DNA from: Callorhinchus milii
Taxonomy: Eukaryota
Length of the DNA stretch: 64,000 nt
Direction: 5' to 3'
Assembly: GCF_018977255.1 (NCBI RefSeq)
Contig: NW_024704742.1
Coordinates: 89,964,001 to 90,028,000, forward strand
Part shown: one piece after another, positions 48,691-62,542 of the stretch
Layout: every line of letters starts with the position of its first letter
Position numbering within the stretch: the first letter of the stretch is position 1
Notes under the pieces: generated by a model
The model's database searches: none
Seen by the model: only the letters and a program-made list of their open reading frames with translations
What the model was told of the DNA's origin: nothing
Program-made: the position numbers and the translations under genes

Positions 48691-49037
48691 ATAATAATAA
48701 TCCTTGTGTTTGATGTAGCGCCTTATCACATCTGTGAGACGTCTCAAAGCACTTCACAAAATATACTATAAAGTGAATTGATTGTATATTTTGTGGGTGA
48801 AATACGGCAGCCAATTGCGCACAGCAGTGTCCCGCAAACAGTCGTGGATTGAGTGACCAAATTTTTTTTTTGAAGGGATTATTACCCCCGGAAAAACAAT
48901 CTGCCAGTCGACCAACAACGAGTTTCCAACTTTCTGCTAGGTAAACAGAGGCGTGAGGAGTAAGGAAACTTGCCCAACCTTTCGCCCTGCCTGGGAATCA
49001 AACCCCGGTCCTCTCGCTTGAGAGGCAAGTGCTCGAA
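48691..49037 (-). mobile_element. tRNA-derived SINE, longer subfamily with an extra internal segment
   Basis: Same head and tail as the young copies, plus cctctgtttacctagcag...ttccggggg between head and body. Confidence 0.88.
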
Positions 49038-49544
49038 CCACTAGGCTACAGAACTCCAGATATTTGAAAGCAGGGAGTTGCAGCAAAGTGCACTGGGTTT
49101 GAAAGGACTTCTGGAGGAATTCTGCTGACTGAAAGCTTGTTCTCCCTCTGATGATGGAATGGAGGGAATGGGGGCATGTGCCATAAACCAAAGTCAAAAG
49201 AACCGATAGAATGAGCTGGGGTATAGAGCTATAAAAAATCTGCAGCAGAGGGAGATAGTGGAAGTTACACTAACTTGTTTTGCAAGTTTGAACCTCATCA
49301 ATCTCGTTTACCATCTTATTACTTGAAATAAAGAGATGGCCGAGGATTCAAGAATCTCTCATGAACAATATCATAAGAGCTTTGGGTGAGAAAGTCTATT
49401 TAACCCATTTAATCTCACCTTTCCAGAATACTAGCCCTACTGTTCTATTTTTTGGGGGTCAGAGAAGTGTCTAACTGACACATAAGAAAACCCATCACCA
49501 TGCTTAGGAGTATCCATACCACATTGAGATTCCATGCATCCCAG

Positions 49545-49780
49545 TCAATTACGCACAGCAGCGTCCCACAAACAGTCATGGATTGAATGACCAATTTTTT
49601 TTCAGGAATTATTACTCCCGGAAAGTGATCCGCAAATCAAGTAACAACTGGGTTCCTACTTACTGCTAGGCAAATAGAGGTATACGGACTAAGGAATGTT
49701 GCCTGAGGTTTCACCCAGAACAGGAATCAAATCCGGATCCTCTTGCTTGCGTGGCGAACGCACTAACCACTATGCTACCT
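49545..49780 (-). mobile_element. SINE, longer subfamily, 3'-truncated
   Basis: Head ggtagcatagtggttagtgcg and the internal segment are present. Confidence 0.75.
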
Positions 49781-50354
49781 TTAGCATATAACTTGGTAGG
49801 GAGTTCTATGTCCCAACAACAATTGGCTCCATAAAGCTAACGACTTAAAAATGAATTTACAGAAAAGAACAATATTATTTCTTCATAAATGATGTTCCAT
49901 TTGCTATTCTAGTATCTTCTGCAATTGTAGCTTTTTTTTAAAAAAAGGTAAGGACTGAACTGAGGATAGATTTGACGTAGATTTCATTTTACACTGATTT
50001 ACTCCCTTCTCTTCTGAAGGTAGTTCCTTCATTGTCACCAATTGAGATCGACTAGCTCACATAAAACCAGGGATGAAAACTAGAAATTTATTTTTACTGT
50101 ATATAGTAGGTGAAGCATTTACTAAGGAAGCCATCAAACGAGTCCCATTTGGGCTTGTCATAAATAATTTTCATGTATATCTACATTGAACTTGTTCAAG
50201 TCATTCGATAGGAACTTCGGGGTGAAAATTGCAATCTTCCATGTGTAAACGTATCATTGCACAATTCCACCCTCTTGATAACTAAAATCAGTGAATGGTT
50301 CACTGAGGTAACTCTCTTCCATCCCCCACCCACCCCTCCAGCTCTATTGTGTGT

Positions 50355-50795
50355 AGACCTGGTGCAATTGTAGCACTCTCGCCTCTGTGTCAGAAGGTTG
50401 TGGGTTCAAGCTCCACATCTGGACCTGGAATCACATTGGTAAAATGACATTCCAATGCTGTGCTGGGGGTAGGGGGGGTGTTGAATTGCTAGAACTACCA
50501 TCCTTCAGATAAAATATTAAACCTTGGTCTAATCTGCCTGTTCAGGTGGAACGTTAAGGATCCCATGGCACTATTCAAAAAGAGAAGGGAGTTTCTCCTG
50601 GCCAATAATCCCCCAAATAAAATTAGTCACTCCCTGTTTGGTTGTTTGTGGGACATTGCTGTGTGCAAATTGGCTGCTGCATTTCACCCACAAAATATAC
50701 AGTCAAAACCACTTTACGGTATACCTGTGAAGCACTTTGTGATGCCTTGACACTGTGATAAGGCGTTATACCAAATCCAAGGATCATGATTATTA
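50355..50795 (+). mobile_element. Near full-length Deu-domain SINE
   Basis: Head with gggttcaagc, core ggatcccatggcactattcaaaaagagaagggagtt, shared tail. Confidence 0.85.
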
Positions 50796-52262
50796 TGGTT
50801 GGACCAATGCTGGCTGTGGATTGTGGCACAGGATTATTTGCCTGTGGATTAGAGTGTTGGGTAGTGGGATGCCAGTTGATCTGAGCCAGAATAATACAGA
50901 ATAAAGGCAGGATCTTCCTCTTCCAATGTTCCACTTCCAGCTGTGGCTGGATTCTGGCCTAACCATTGTGACCGACACCCACGGACCAGAGAATGTCGAT
51001 AGTTATTGATAGGGTGGAGTTTGCAACAACGTGTTAATTAGCACCTCGCAGGTCACAAGTTTCACCTCATTGTGTTCAGTGCATGCTTTAAAACACGAAT
51101 AGAAAAATAGCTGCCCCAATAAAAAGTCATAAATGTACGCAAAATGATTTCCAGTTTTATTTGCTATTTTGTAAAACTTGGGATCACCCTGCTTTTACTG
51201 GAAGCTTTAAAACTTAATTTGCATTTTTTTCTGTTTTAGACGCATTTTACAGACTGCCTCCCTTTGTGAACATAACAAACGAGACCACAGAAGAATTTAC
51301 TGGAGTTCTGAGACTCAAGCTCAGTCCACTAAACCTTGTGTTTGCTGAATTCACATTCCAGCAAACAATCTTATGAGCTTCAGATGCACATATTTTGCTT
51401 CTAGCTTATTTACGCAGACAGCTGTGGCAATCTCACACTAACAGACACATCTGCCATAAACTCAGCGGCCATCAACATAGTTTCCAAAATATGAACACAC
51501 ACAGGCTAATTTTTGTTATAATGAATTTGTTCTCAATACCTTCTGTTTCAGAGTACCACTGATCTGAAAATGGCACTGAAAATCTGATTTACCTGCAACA
51601 CTGACTTATGTTACCTGCCGACATGTAAAGCAGAAAAAAAGGATATTTTTCTGTACTTGCACTTGGTGTCCTACATGGACACTATCGTTGTAAGATTCTA
51701 AATACTTTCAGATTCACCAAGATAGCAAAATCAGAGGGTATAGGTTAATTGTTGAAAAGGATTGTTTTAGGATAAACACCAGGAAGAGTGGTTGAGGCCA
51801 GTAACTGAACTAATTTCAGAAGCAGTTTGATTTTTTTGGGGTGAGCTGGGTTTTCCCCATTCAACCCCTCCACCCAGGCCGAATTAAACCAAATGCCATT
51901 CCACAATCCGAGAGCGTAAATTGCCCCCCAGGGAACTCAGATCCCCCAAACTAAATCTGGACCCCAAACTGTCTAAAGACAGTTCAGAATCAATACTTTA
52001 CACCATGACATCATGAGCAAGTCAATCGGCCAGATTGCCTTTCTAAACAGTCTGAGCCGAGTGAGCAAGGCTTTACAAATGTGATCTTGTTGTTGTTGTT
52101 ATTGTAGTCCATATTCCAGTTTCTCTATTCCTTCTTTTGGGTAGATCAAATTTCTCAGATCAGGGCCGTGCCAAAGAGAGATTGAGCTGTCAAGAACTGC
52201 AAACATCTGAACAGTAACTGATACGAACAGATAGTACAGTTGATCGTAGCCAAAAGGCTGAG

Positions 52263-52502
52263 AACAACAACAACAACAACATTCCATTTACAGAGCGCCT
52301 TTCACGTCGGGAGGACGTCCCAAGGCGCTGTACAAGGTCAGGACCCGAGCAGGGGGGAATGGTCAGGGTGAGGGGAGGGAAGGGAGGGGGCGAGGAGGGG
52401 GTAGAGAGTCGAGAGGGGAGCTGAAGGCACGGTCAAAGAGAAAGGTCTTGAGACCGGCCTTGAAGGAGGAAAGGGAGGAGGCGGCGAAGGCACTGGGGGA
52501 TA
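52263..52502 (-). mobile_element. L2 3' UTR fragment
   Basis: Reverse complement reads cctccttcaaggccggtctcaagacc...gggacgtcctcccgacgtgaaaggcgc, then a (TTG)n tail. Confidence 0.85.
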
Positions 52503-53516
52503 GAGGAAGAGAATTTCATAAGCAGTTTGATGCTGAAATGGGGGGAAAGTAGTGTGGTATTCTGGAAGGATAAGATCAAATAGACACAAGTGTGTATCTG
52601 AACTTCGCTTGAGATTTCTTGTGAAGTGTTCATCGAATATGTTTTTGGTTCATGGAGAAGGAAGATCCGTGCACTATTTTCAGTTATTAGAAAGTGATGC
52701 AAGTGACAGGGTTTAGGCCATTGCATTATTCTTAGGGCCACTTTAAAAAGCTCCAGTGCCCTAATTATACTGTACTTTTTGTGGACAAACCTATTATAAA
52801 TGCTGGTTGAGCAGCACAATCTGAAGGTGGGTGTGTTGTAGCCTAACACTCGAGAATAATCTTAGGACATGTTTCCATCAGCACATTCATTTGAACGTCT
52901 GTGGTATAAATATAACAGCTGGGTAAAATAACTTCAGCCCAGTGTGGTAAGGTCTTTTGAAAAATCTCAAGTGGTCGTGGTGTAAGGAATCCTTGGATGG
53001 TCCAAGGAATTTCCCGGTACCTTTTCATTGTTATCAGTCACAAGATTAACTCTTTCATTCTTTCTTTAATAACATTAAAGGTCCCAAAGCTCAATCTTGT
53101 GAAGATCTCCAGTTTGGGTCCGAAACACTGACTGTCCAATGCCTTGGGATATCCTCCCGACGTGAAAAGCGCTATACAAATGTAATTTTGTTGTTGTTGT
53201 TGTTTTGGCTCTGCTGCACTCACTGAGCAACTATTTGCACCTTTAAAGCACCTTTCATGTAGGAGAACATCTCTAAGCATTTTACAGCATTGTAGTAGGA
53301 GCCTGAACTGGGAAACAACATTGTGGGAAATGGAGGCGGTGGGAGAGAGGAGATTTGACAGAAGGTGACTCAATGCAAAGAGATAGTTTTTCAGATAGGT
53401 GTTGAAACATAAAGGAGAGTAAGGTGGAGGAATTTCGGGAGAGAGTTCCAGAGACTGGAAGCAAGGTGAAAATCCCCAGATAATGTGATTTAAAAAAAAA
53501 AATTATCAAAATTTTA

Positions 53517-55014
53517 AGTCCACTTAATTTTCCCAACTGTGAGAAATCAACAGCAAATCCTTAGGAATGCTTGCCAGCCCACAAAAGCTAACATTCCATG
53601 ACAACAACAACGACAAAATTACATTTAGAGAGCGTCTTTCACATCAGAAAGACATCCCAAAGTGCTGTTAACAACTAGTTAACAAATCAAGGTTCTTTTA
53701 CCTAATCTCTTTTCTGTTTAATACTGGCTGCCTTTTAGCAGTGTGTGCAGGACATAACACTTTCGAGTCCTCTGAATGATGGTAACAGTAATTCCACTCA
53801 ATTCCCCGTGACCAGATTTATTTGCAGGGCACGTTTCTGATGACAAATTCGCTGTGAACAATTTCACACAGCTTCACTTTGAGTCACGACACATTTTTTC
53901 TATATTACTGGAATTATAGTTCTGGATTTGTGTCCATTTGAGATAGTCCTTTTTGCTTGAACCTTGCACTGAAAACTGCACTTTAGTGGAATCCAATAAT
54001 TTTGCATTGTAACTTCATTGTTTGATCATTGACAGTTTTGATCACTAACATCAAGCAACAATAGGATTCTCAATAGACCTTCAAGAATTGCAATCCGGCC
54101 TCATTATAACATAGTCCTTGGAAGCCAAATGCTTTCCACGGCCTAATGAGGTGTGTGCTGCAGTGAATGTCCCACAACCCAGCATGACATGGAACAGAGG
54201 GAAAAAGTGAATTCTGAAGCCAAGCTTCAGCTGCCTAATGACAGAGATAGCATTACAATGCAGAGCTTGCCAATGAGAGAAGAGCAGATTGTAAAAATAA
54301 TGAGTTATTACCTTCTTGCACCTTGCAGCATTGAATTGCAAGTGCCTGTGATACGATGATCAGCATTAGGTCATCTCTTTTGAGAACTGCTAACCTCTAA
54401 CTTTGGGTTGGACTGGTACTTAATGAGCAACTGGGTATGTTTGATATGAACAGAATTCATCTTCTGTTAGGTACAAAGACTACATCACGCTCCGCTCTGC
54501 CTGCTGAATGTACATCTCAATGGAATGACTTAAGGGGGAAATCTTGGAAGGTGATTTTTGGTGGGTGATTCAATTTACTGGACTGCTGAATTTCTTAAGC
54601 AGAGTGAGGAGTATCCGAAACATGGAGAGGGTGTACACATTAGAAGCATAGTAAGGGCATGGTCTCAGCAATATGAATGGGGTAGAGATAAATAGTGAAG
54701 ACACGGAGGTACAGGAAAGGTAGCCTAAAGAACGGAGATAGCATAGGAGGCACATAGTGGATTGGCAAGGATGTTCAGATGTAAGGCGGAAAGTAATATT
54801 GAAACCACAGGGCAGGAAGAGTGATCTAGACTCTTGCAGTAGGTGGTGGAATCCAAAACACTTTCTGGTATGTAGCATTTAGGAGTGAGGGAAAAACATG
54901 GCCTGTCCTGTGGAGTCCACTTAATTTTCCCAACTGTGAGAAATCAACAGCAAATCCTTAGGAATGCTTGCAAGCCCACAAAAGCTAACATTCCGTGATA
55001 ACAACTAGTTAACA
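53517..55014 (+). repeat. About 101-bp direct duplication (53517-53684 with an insertion; 54914-55014 without)
   Basis: agtccacttaattttcccaactgtgagaaatcaacagcaaatccttaggaatgcttgc...taacaactagttaaca is present twice. Confidence 0.92.
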
Positions 55015-56369
55015 TTTGTAATGTTATGAATTGAATGGCATCTATACTTTTTTCCCCTGTTTTTCTTTGCGTGAGAAAGACAGTGGGAGAGAAAGAATAG
55101 AAATACAGCGATCACATTAAAATCAGCTATTCTTTTCCAGCCAGTGGAAAAACGACTGGACAATCAAAGCCATGTGAGATTGACTAACACTTGCCATCTC
55201 TTTGTTATTTGATTACAATGGGGATTCCCTTATTCTAAAAACGTAATTAAAAGATCCCCAGTGTTAGTGATTAGTAAGTGACCGACCCTGGAAATTCCTA
55301 AACTATTGTTATTCAAAAGCATTTTCCTTATCTCCTTAATGCCATTTCTAGAGCTATTATTGTGGAGCAGGAGTGGACAGATCTTATTTGGACAATTTCA
55401 CACACCACCAACTCGTGAGGACCACACCTTGTGGTAATGAAACCATTGTGATATAATTTGAATCTCAAACCATTCAGGAGTACTAATGTGAATTTAAAGC
55501 AGTAGATTTCTCTTCTCCTTGTCATTGTGATTCAAAGTAGGCTTGTATGGTTAGGAATGTCGTTTCATTTCTTACAGCATTAATCAGCTAATAAGCTTCT
55601 ACATCTGGCTTCCAGATTTAAATGTTGGCTTAGTATTTTCAGCACAGAAGCCTGGTGTTATTTATTGTACCGCATCAAGCCAAGAGTATAAGAGTTTGGA
55701 TGAAAAATGCTTAAATCACTTACAGTCAGGAATGTAAACCGCAACTGATTTAGGAATCCTTGTTTTAATAGTGAGCAATATGATCTTTTTCAATGCTGTT
55801 ATGAGAAAAAAAAGGCTCCAATTGGTTGTAAGGAAAACTTTTCTGTGCAATATTTACACTGCTGTAACCACATTTTTACGGTAAATTATCACATGGGTCA
55901 AAGTTGCAATATTCGTAAACACATTCCATTCATTATTTAAGGAAAGTTGTTGAAATATGTTTAGAAATATGACCCCACCGACTTCTGAATAGCACCAAGT
56001 TCATCTGAAAAAGCTTTGTTTTGGATTGCCACTTAAAGGGGATCATTTTGAAACCCGATTACAGAAACCCGAGTTAAAATGGAACTGAAGTATTTATTAT
56101 TTACAGAGGTACCACCCTTGATTATGAACTACTATTTCACGGGCTGGATAAAGTTCCATTTGTCACTTAAAGAAAAACATTTTAAAACAAAAAAATTCAT
56201 GTGAGTCTATGAGGGTCAAAAAACACAATATAATGAGGAGCTCCAATGGTGTAATGGATAGAGCTGCAGTTCAAGGACCAAAAGCTTACAACAACAACAA
56301 CAACAACAAATTACATTTCGATAGTACCGTTCACGTTGGGAGGATGTACCAACGTACTGGACAATCAAG

Positions 56370-56650
56370 GATTTGCACCTGAGCTTAGGGGTTAGAATGG
56401 GTGGAAATACTGTTTTGAATCCCAGTCCTTACTGGACTTTCTAGTCTTAGCTGAGGTTGTATTGGGAGAATAAATTCCTTGTGGGAAGAGGTCTGGCTCC
56501 GTTGTGACACCTTCTACAGTCGAGTGTCCTGTTGGTACTCACTACTAAGGCTCACACATGAATATTGGACACGTGGGCAGTCGACTGCAGGGCAACCAGC
56601 ACCCGTGGAATGGTACTCCAGCAAGAGAAGAGACTTGGAGCAGAGAGATT
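56370..56650 (+). mobile_element. LF-SINE-like 3' fragment
   Basis: ctcactactaaggctcacacatgaatattggacacgtgggc...gcacccgtggaatggtactccagcaag. Confidence 0.65.
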
Positions 56651-56989
56651 GATTGGCTCTCTGCTCCTGATCAGAGCAGAAGAGCCAACGGATTTTTTCC
56701 CCACCTGGAATTCTTTTGTGTGGGGGGAAGGAATTGGACATATTAAATTTAAAAAAGACTTAAACCAGGCCCTATTGAAGAGAATAGCTTAAAAATTGAG
56801 GTTTCATAACTGATTCAATCAACAACAACAACAACTTGCATCTATATAGCAACCTTCACATAGGTAGCATCTCAGAGCGCTTAACAGTAGCTGAACTTGA
56901 CACCAATCATAAAAAGCTTCAGTAAATCTTTGATGGAGAATTGTAATTTTCACCTCAGTGTTCCAAATGTGGCCTTATGAATGAGTCAG

Positions 56990-57315
56990 AGTTTTATAGA
57001 TTCATAGAAGGTACAGCTCTAGAAACAGGTCATTCGGACCATTCGGTCCAGCAAGTGTTTATACTCCACACAAATGCTTATCATAGATCCTATCTGGAGT
57101 TCCATATCCCAGGCTTTTCTCCATATCCCTCAACTTTATTTTCCCTTAACCATGTCCAGTCTTTTTTTTAATGTGCATATGGTTGCAGTCCAAACAATTG
57201 ACTTTGGCAGAGAATTCCACACTCACACCACTGTCTGTGTGAGAAGGTTTTTCCTAATCTCCGTTCTGAATCTCCCAGCTCTGATTCTAAATCTATGTCC
57301 TCCCATTCTTAAATG
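56990..57315 (-). mobile_element. CR1 LINE 3' end
   Basis: tcatagaaggtacagctctagaaacaggtcattcgg is a reverse-complemented CR1 tail, followed by gaattccacactcacaccactgtctgtgtgag. Confidence 0.8.
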
Positions 57316-57613
57316 AAAACAATTTACTTTGAATGATGTTCAAATTCCATTTAGATTAATTCCTTTCCACGATTACCATGCTGCCACTCCCCACCAAAAA
57401 TAATAGATCACGTTGACTTATTTATTCTCTTTTTTGGCCTATCGAGACAACTTTTGCTATTCTCCATTCCTCAAGTCCAGTCCATTGATCCAGCTCCGAT
57501 GTTTATGAATTTCCTAAGTTGTTAACCAAAGCCTCACCTATTTTCTTGTTCATTTCCTTACGGGTTTTAGTTTGCATCCCATCTGGTCAAGATACCTTGA
57601 AGGCATTTAGGAG

Positions 57614-57845
57614 GAGAAATTCCACCTGGGTCCAGATTTACTCCATTATGTAACATTTCAGAGCTTCCGGAAGTTGCAAAATTATTGAATTGAGCCTGAA
57701 CTTATAAGACAGTTTTCTGTGGTTCTTAAAAGAACTTATAAAAAAAGGCTGTATAATTATGGTTGTATGTAAGAATTTTCTAAATTCTGTCCGCCCTGAA
57801 ATAGTACATAAATAGAGTAAATCTAGATAGCAGATGGAATTTCTC
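57614..57845. mobile_element. Palindromic MITE-like element, same family as 6461-6720
   Basis: Terminal inverted repeat gagaaattccacctg / cagatggaatttctc (14 of 15 paired), plus inner agatttactc / gagtaaatct. Confidence 0.78.
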
Positions 57846-58931
57846 TTCTATAATGTACTGCGTATGTTCACAGCATGTGCTTTATTGACCTCTATATCAC
57901 ATTAGTGTATGTACAGTATATTCACAATCTATGGTTCGACCGGTATGGAATATTTTAGTCCTTATCCAACAATTCTGATGTGAAATATACTACGAATAAT
58001 AATCCTTGCATTTGATATAGTGCCTTATTATACTGAGAAGATGTCTCAAAATGCTTCAAAGGATTCACTGTAAAGTGTAGTGAATGCGTGTTTTGTATGT
58101 GAATAAGGTAGCCAATTTCTACTTAGTAATGTCCCATAAACATCTTGGAAGTGAATGCCCAATTTTAACTGGGGGTTTGGTTGACCAGAACACCAGGAAA
58201 AACTCTTCTCTTTTTAAATCAGTACCATGGGATCTTTAACATCCAGACAGAACAGACAGAAGACTCCTAGCATGCCATTGAAAGCAAGCATCCCACTTCT
58301 TGTCTGGCTAGGACTACCCTACACAGGAGGATTTTAGTTTGCAGGGTTCATAGGAAATGAGTGAGAAGAATTTGTGCTGCCAGTCTGCTCGTCTAAGTTA
58401 TGCTGTTCTTCTGAAGAGACCTTTACTCTTCTGCTGCTTAATGTTCCCTACCCTATCCATCCCACAACTAGATAGCGAGGAGGACATAAAGCTTTCAGCC
58501 ACTCCACTCGCTCTCTTGAACTCCATCCTGGAGTCTTTCCAACTCACTGCCGCCAATCCCTTGTTCAAGGCCTGTCTCAAGGTATTCCTCTTTGATCACA
58601 TGTCTGGTCTTCTTTCCCCTGCCCACCCTCTTTGGCTCCCACCCCCAGCTCAGTTGCTCAAACAGCATTGTCGAGTGTTTCAAGTCAACAACAACAACTT
58701 GCATTTATATAGTGCCTTCACGTAGGACAGCGGCTCAGAGCAGTTAAGACATTCTCCTGACACGAAAGGCGCGATATAAATGTAAATTGTACTGTATTTA
58801 CTGCTTTATAACATTTACTAATTTATGCAAACTAAGATTACATCAGGTTTAGCAAGTGGAGAAGGGGCTGCTACAAATTAAATTCAGAAGGAGATATTAG
58901 GGTTTATTTAGTGACATTTAATGACATGCCT

Positions 58932-59170
58932 GATAATAATCCCTCAAAAAAAACAATAATAAATTGGTCATTTCAATCCACGACTGTTTGTGGGACACTA
59001 CTGTGCGCAATTGGCTGCCACACTCTCGCCACGTCCTCCCGACGTGAAAAGCGCTATATCAAATGCAAGGATTATTATTATTATTATTATTATTATTCTG
59101 TGAAGCTCTTTGAGACATCTAGAAGACGTGAAAAGCGCAATATCAAATGCAAGGATTATTATTATTATTG
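58932..59170 (+). mobile_element. SINE 3' part carrying two tandem 3' ends
   Basis: cgtgaaaagcgc...aaatgcaaggattatt occurs twice, each with its own (TTA)n tail. Confidence 0.85.
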
Positions 59171-60318
59171 TTCGCAAAATGGATTTGTTGTGTTAATTAC
59201 AATGGTTGTAAATACTACATTAATTTATAAGAATCCCAAAAGCCAGCAAACTTGAATAAAGTTTGCTGGGCTGACAAGAGCTTCTAGACCTCGTTGGGTT
59301 CACTACAAGTGTCACAAATTATTATTTGCAAACCTGAAGTTGATATTAACAATTCTGGTCTGCAAATATTGCTAACTTGACGCCAAGTGACAGCCAAATA
59401 TGTCCCAGTCCAAGATTTTTACTGTTATCCAACATTTTGTCAAGGATACTTACCTAGGAATTACCAGCACTAGAAGGAAAGACAAAATCATGGACAATTA
59501 CAGCAGAAAAAAGAATGGAATAATGACATCAAATGGTGTGAGAGAAAAAGAAAAATCAAGTTCAATGGTCAAAGACCAAAAGAACTGCAATGTGATGATA
59601 TGCCACTGACAATAATTCAACCTTGATCAGATCATAAATTGTACCTGAAGCTAAACATTCATGGTAGAGTCGGGATGGCTGGTTTACAGTCTCCAATTCT
59701 ATGCAAACATCCAATGCAATAAAAGTGGTTAAGAAACCAAATGGATAAATGCATTGTACATAGGATGGCACCATTAATCTTCAGAGTCTGCATTTATAGG
59801 TTCAGAAAATCTTGTACACATAAGTTCATAATTGCTCTGCACCTGTTTTTCATGACTATTTCAAAATGCCATCTGCAGTTGTGCGTTTCAATTTCACATC
59901 ACATATAGTAGGCATTTGATACAATTCAATATGCAAGTCTTTAAGAGAATGCTAAATTCACGGTATTAGCAAAATTCCCTGGATTGAAAGCCAAGGTGAT
60001 ATTAAATGAAAAAGCTCTCTCTGGAGAGGGGACTAGTACAGGGATCAATTCTGGGTTGTTGGTGTTTAAACTGTTCATAGCTGTTTTGAAGTAGAGCAGC
60101 TCTTGTAATATAACATTTGCTGACAGTGCTAAGTGTGCAGTACACTTGTATGTAATAGTTTTCTGCAATGGCAAGAGGCATATTGTACTACTTGGGTGGT
60201 GTATTTTAAATGATTATTTTTCAAATTGATAGGTGATGGCTGTGCTCAGTGTGTCAGCAGGAAGCAGCTCCAGCTCATGTCTAGCATAGCCTCATGCAAA
60301 ATTAAGCTGATTCTACTG

Positions 60319-60443
60319 GGGGAGAAATTCTGTTCTGCATTAGGTGTAGCGCCTTTGGTGATAAGCGACTCGAAAAAGGAAATCTCTTTAGCGGGCGACT
60401 TCACCAAAGGTGACATGTGCAACGCTGAGCAGAATTTTTACCC
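60319..60443. mobile_element. Short hairpin MITE-like element
   Basis: Arms ggggagaaattctgttctgc...cctttggtga and tcaccaaagg...gctgagcagaatttttaccc. Confidence 0.72.
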
Positions 60444-60689
60444 TATTTACTTTAGTCCCTCCTGCCCTCCGTTCCACCATTGGTAGTCACTCTTTCAGCC
60501 ACTGGGCACCGAAACTCTGGAACACTCTTCCTCTATCCCTCCTCCATGCCCTTCCTTCCCCATCTTCAGGTCACACCTGAAGACCTTCCTCTTCAACCGT
60601 GTTTTTGGTCAGCTCCCCCCAGCTTGGTGTCGTGCTCTGCCACTGTCAAGCACTCAAGCATGCTTCCCTGTGTTAGGGCCGCTATATAT

Positions 60690-61410
60690 AACCTCACTAA
60701 AGCCAGTCAGGAACCTGGGTGTCTTGTTTGACCCTGAACTGTCCTTTCTCCCCCACATCCCCACTATGACTGGCACTGCCTACCATCACCTCCGCAACAT
60801 TGCCAGACTCCGTCAGTGCCTCACCCCTCAGGCTGCCAAAACCATCACCTGCGCATTCGTCACATCAAGGTTCGATAATGGAAACTCCCTCCTCATCGGC
60901 CTTCCCAACTCTTCCCTTCACAAGCTGCAGATCATCCAAAACTCTGCAGCTTGTGTACTCTCGCACACCAGTCTCCGCGACCCCATCACTCCCACCCTCG
61001 CCCTCTCCACTGGCTCCCCATCCTCCAGAGGATTGAGTTCAAGATCCTTGTCCTCACTCTCAAGGCCATCCATGGGCGTGCCCTCTCCTACCTCTCTGAC
61101 CTGCTACCAACCTGCCTGCTCCTTTTGTTCAGCGGGCTCCGGCCTGCTCCATGTCTCCTGCCCGACCCTCCCGACCATCGGTGGCCGGGCTTTCAGCCTC
61201 TCTGCCCGCACACTCTGGAATTCTATCCCACAGTCCCTTCGCCTCGCTTCCTCCCTTGCCTCCTTCAAGGCCGGTCTCAAGACCCTCCGCTTTGTTCGTG
61301 CCCTCAGTCGCCCTCTCACCTCTCTGCCTTCCCTCACCCCTATCCCACCCCTCCCCCATGCTCCCGATGTGAAAGATGCTCTATAGATGTAATTTTGTTG
61401 TTGTTGTTGT
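60690..61410 (+). mobile_element. L2-clade LINE 3' fragment (RT C-terminus, 3' UTR, (TTG)n tail)
   Basis: ORF 60670..61386 reads VRNLGVLFDPELSF...HLRNIARLRQCLT...AFVTSRFDNGNSLLIGLP...LQIIQNSAA. LHWLPILQRIEFKIL follows in another frame. Tail aattttgttgttgttg. Confidence 0.92.
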
Positions 61411-62542
61411 AAATGCATGTTTTTGTGGTTGTTAACTGTAACCATGAAGGCTAATTCCCTCCTGTAGCAGTAAATGCTTTAATTTCTCATGCCAGCTTTC
61501 CTTACAGGATTTCTAAGAGAGATTGAAAAGTCGTGTCATTCAGGACTAGCGCAGGATTCTGATTCTGCCACAATGCCCATCTTGGGTGCCCAACCAAGTA
61601 CTGTTAAGCAACTCAGGTCATGAAAGACGCTACATAAATGTAAAATTCGCAATGCATTGTGTTGTAAATCGTTAATATTGTGCTATTGTTAGCACACCAG
61701 CTCGGAGTCAGTTCCACCACTGTTAAGCACTCTGAAACACTACCCTGGGTGGAGGGCGCTATATAAGTGTAAGTTGTTGTTGTTATTGTGCTATTTGCTG
61801 AAGCTGTTATTTCTAAGCAAAATTCACAGAAACTGCCAATACATATCACAGAATATGAAGAATAACAAATTGAAACTCTTTCTTAAAGAGTAGGTGCAGA
61901 AATATCCATTAAATCACTGCAGAACCCCAATACTGAAGAAATGTCCATCAACACCCCAAGTAAAATATTATTTTCTCCTCTACAAATGTAACTCTTTTTA
62001 TGTTATTCAACAATGTCGTGTCTAAGCTCCCAAGGCAGCTGCAATTCGATGTGGGAATGCAATTTGATACCGAGGGTCAGAGGTGAGAAACTTTCATCTT
62101 TCGTGACTAACAGACAAGATCCAACAGCAATATTGTTCCGAGTAAGTGATAGGCTTGATTGGACCAGTACATCAACTACTATAATTTGGGTGATATGGAT
62201 AGCCACATGGCAGTTATTCTGCTCCATGTTGTACATTCATTAATGTGGGCTAAGCCCTCGACTTCTCAAATAGGTACAGCTTGCAAATTTGTCCCTTGTG
62301 CACAGGGATGCAATTCTGTATGAATAATAATAATAATAAATAATAATAATCATTGCATTTGATACAGTGCTTATCATATTGTTGAGACATCTTAAAACGC
62401 TTCACAGGATCTAATGTAAAATGGTTGACTGTGTATTTTGTGGGCAAAATGCAGCAGCCAGTTGCTCACAGCTATGGAGGGAGTGACCAATTTTACTTCA
62501 GGGAATTGTTGGCCTCGACAACATAATAATCCTCCCAACATG

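Noticed and set aside
54590..54910. Purine-rich stretch that might be another retroelement relic between the duplicated segments
   Set aside because: I could not recover any convincing RT or endonuclease motif by eye.
58911..59255. ORFs with poly-Tyr or poly-Leu/Ile ([15 protein letters not shown])
   Set aside because: Translations of the SINE (TTA)n tail, which recur throughout the window.
60670..61386. 238-aa ORF
   Set aside because: Frameshifted L2 reverse-transcriptase remnant, not a host gene.
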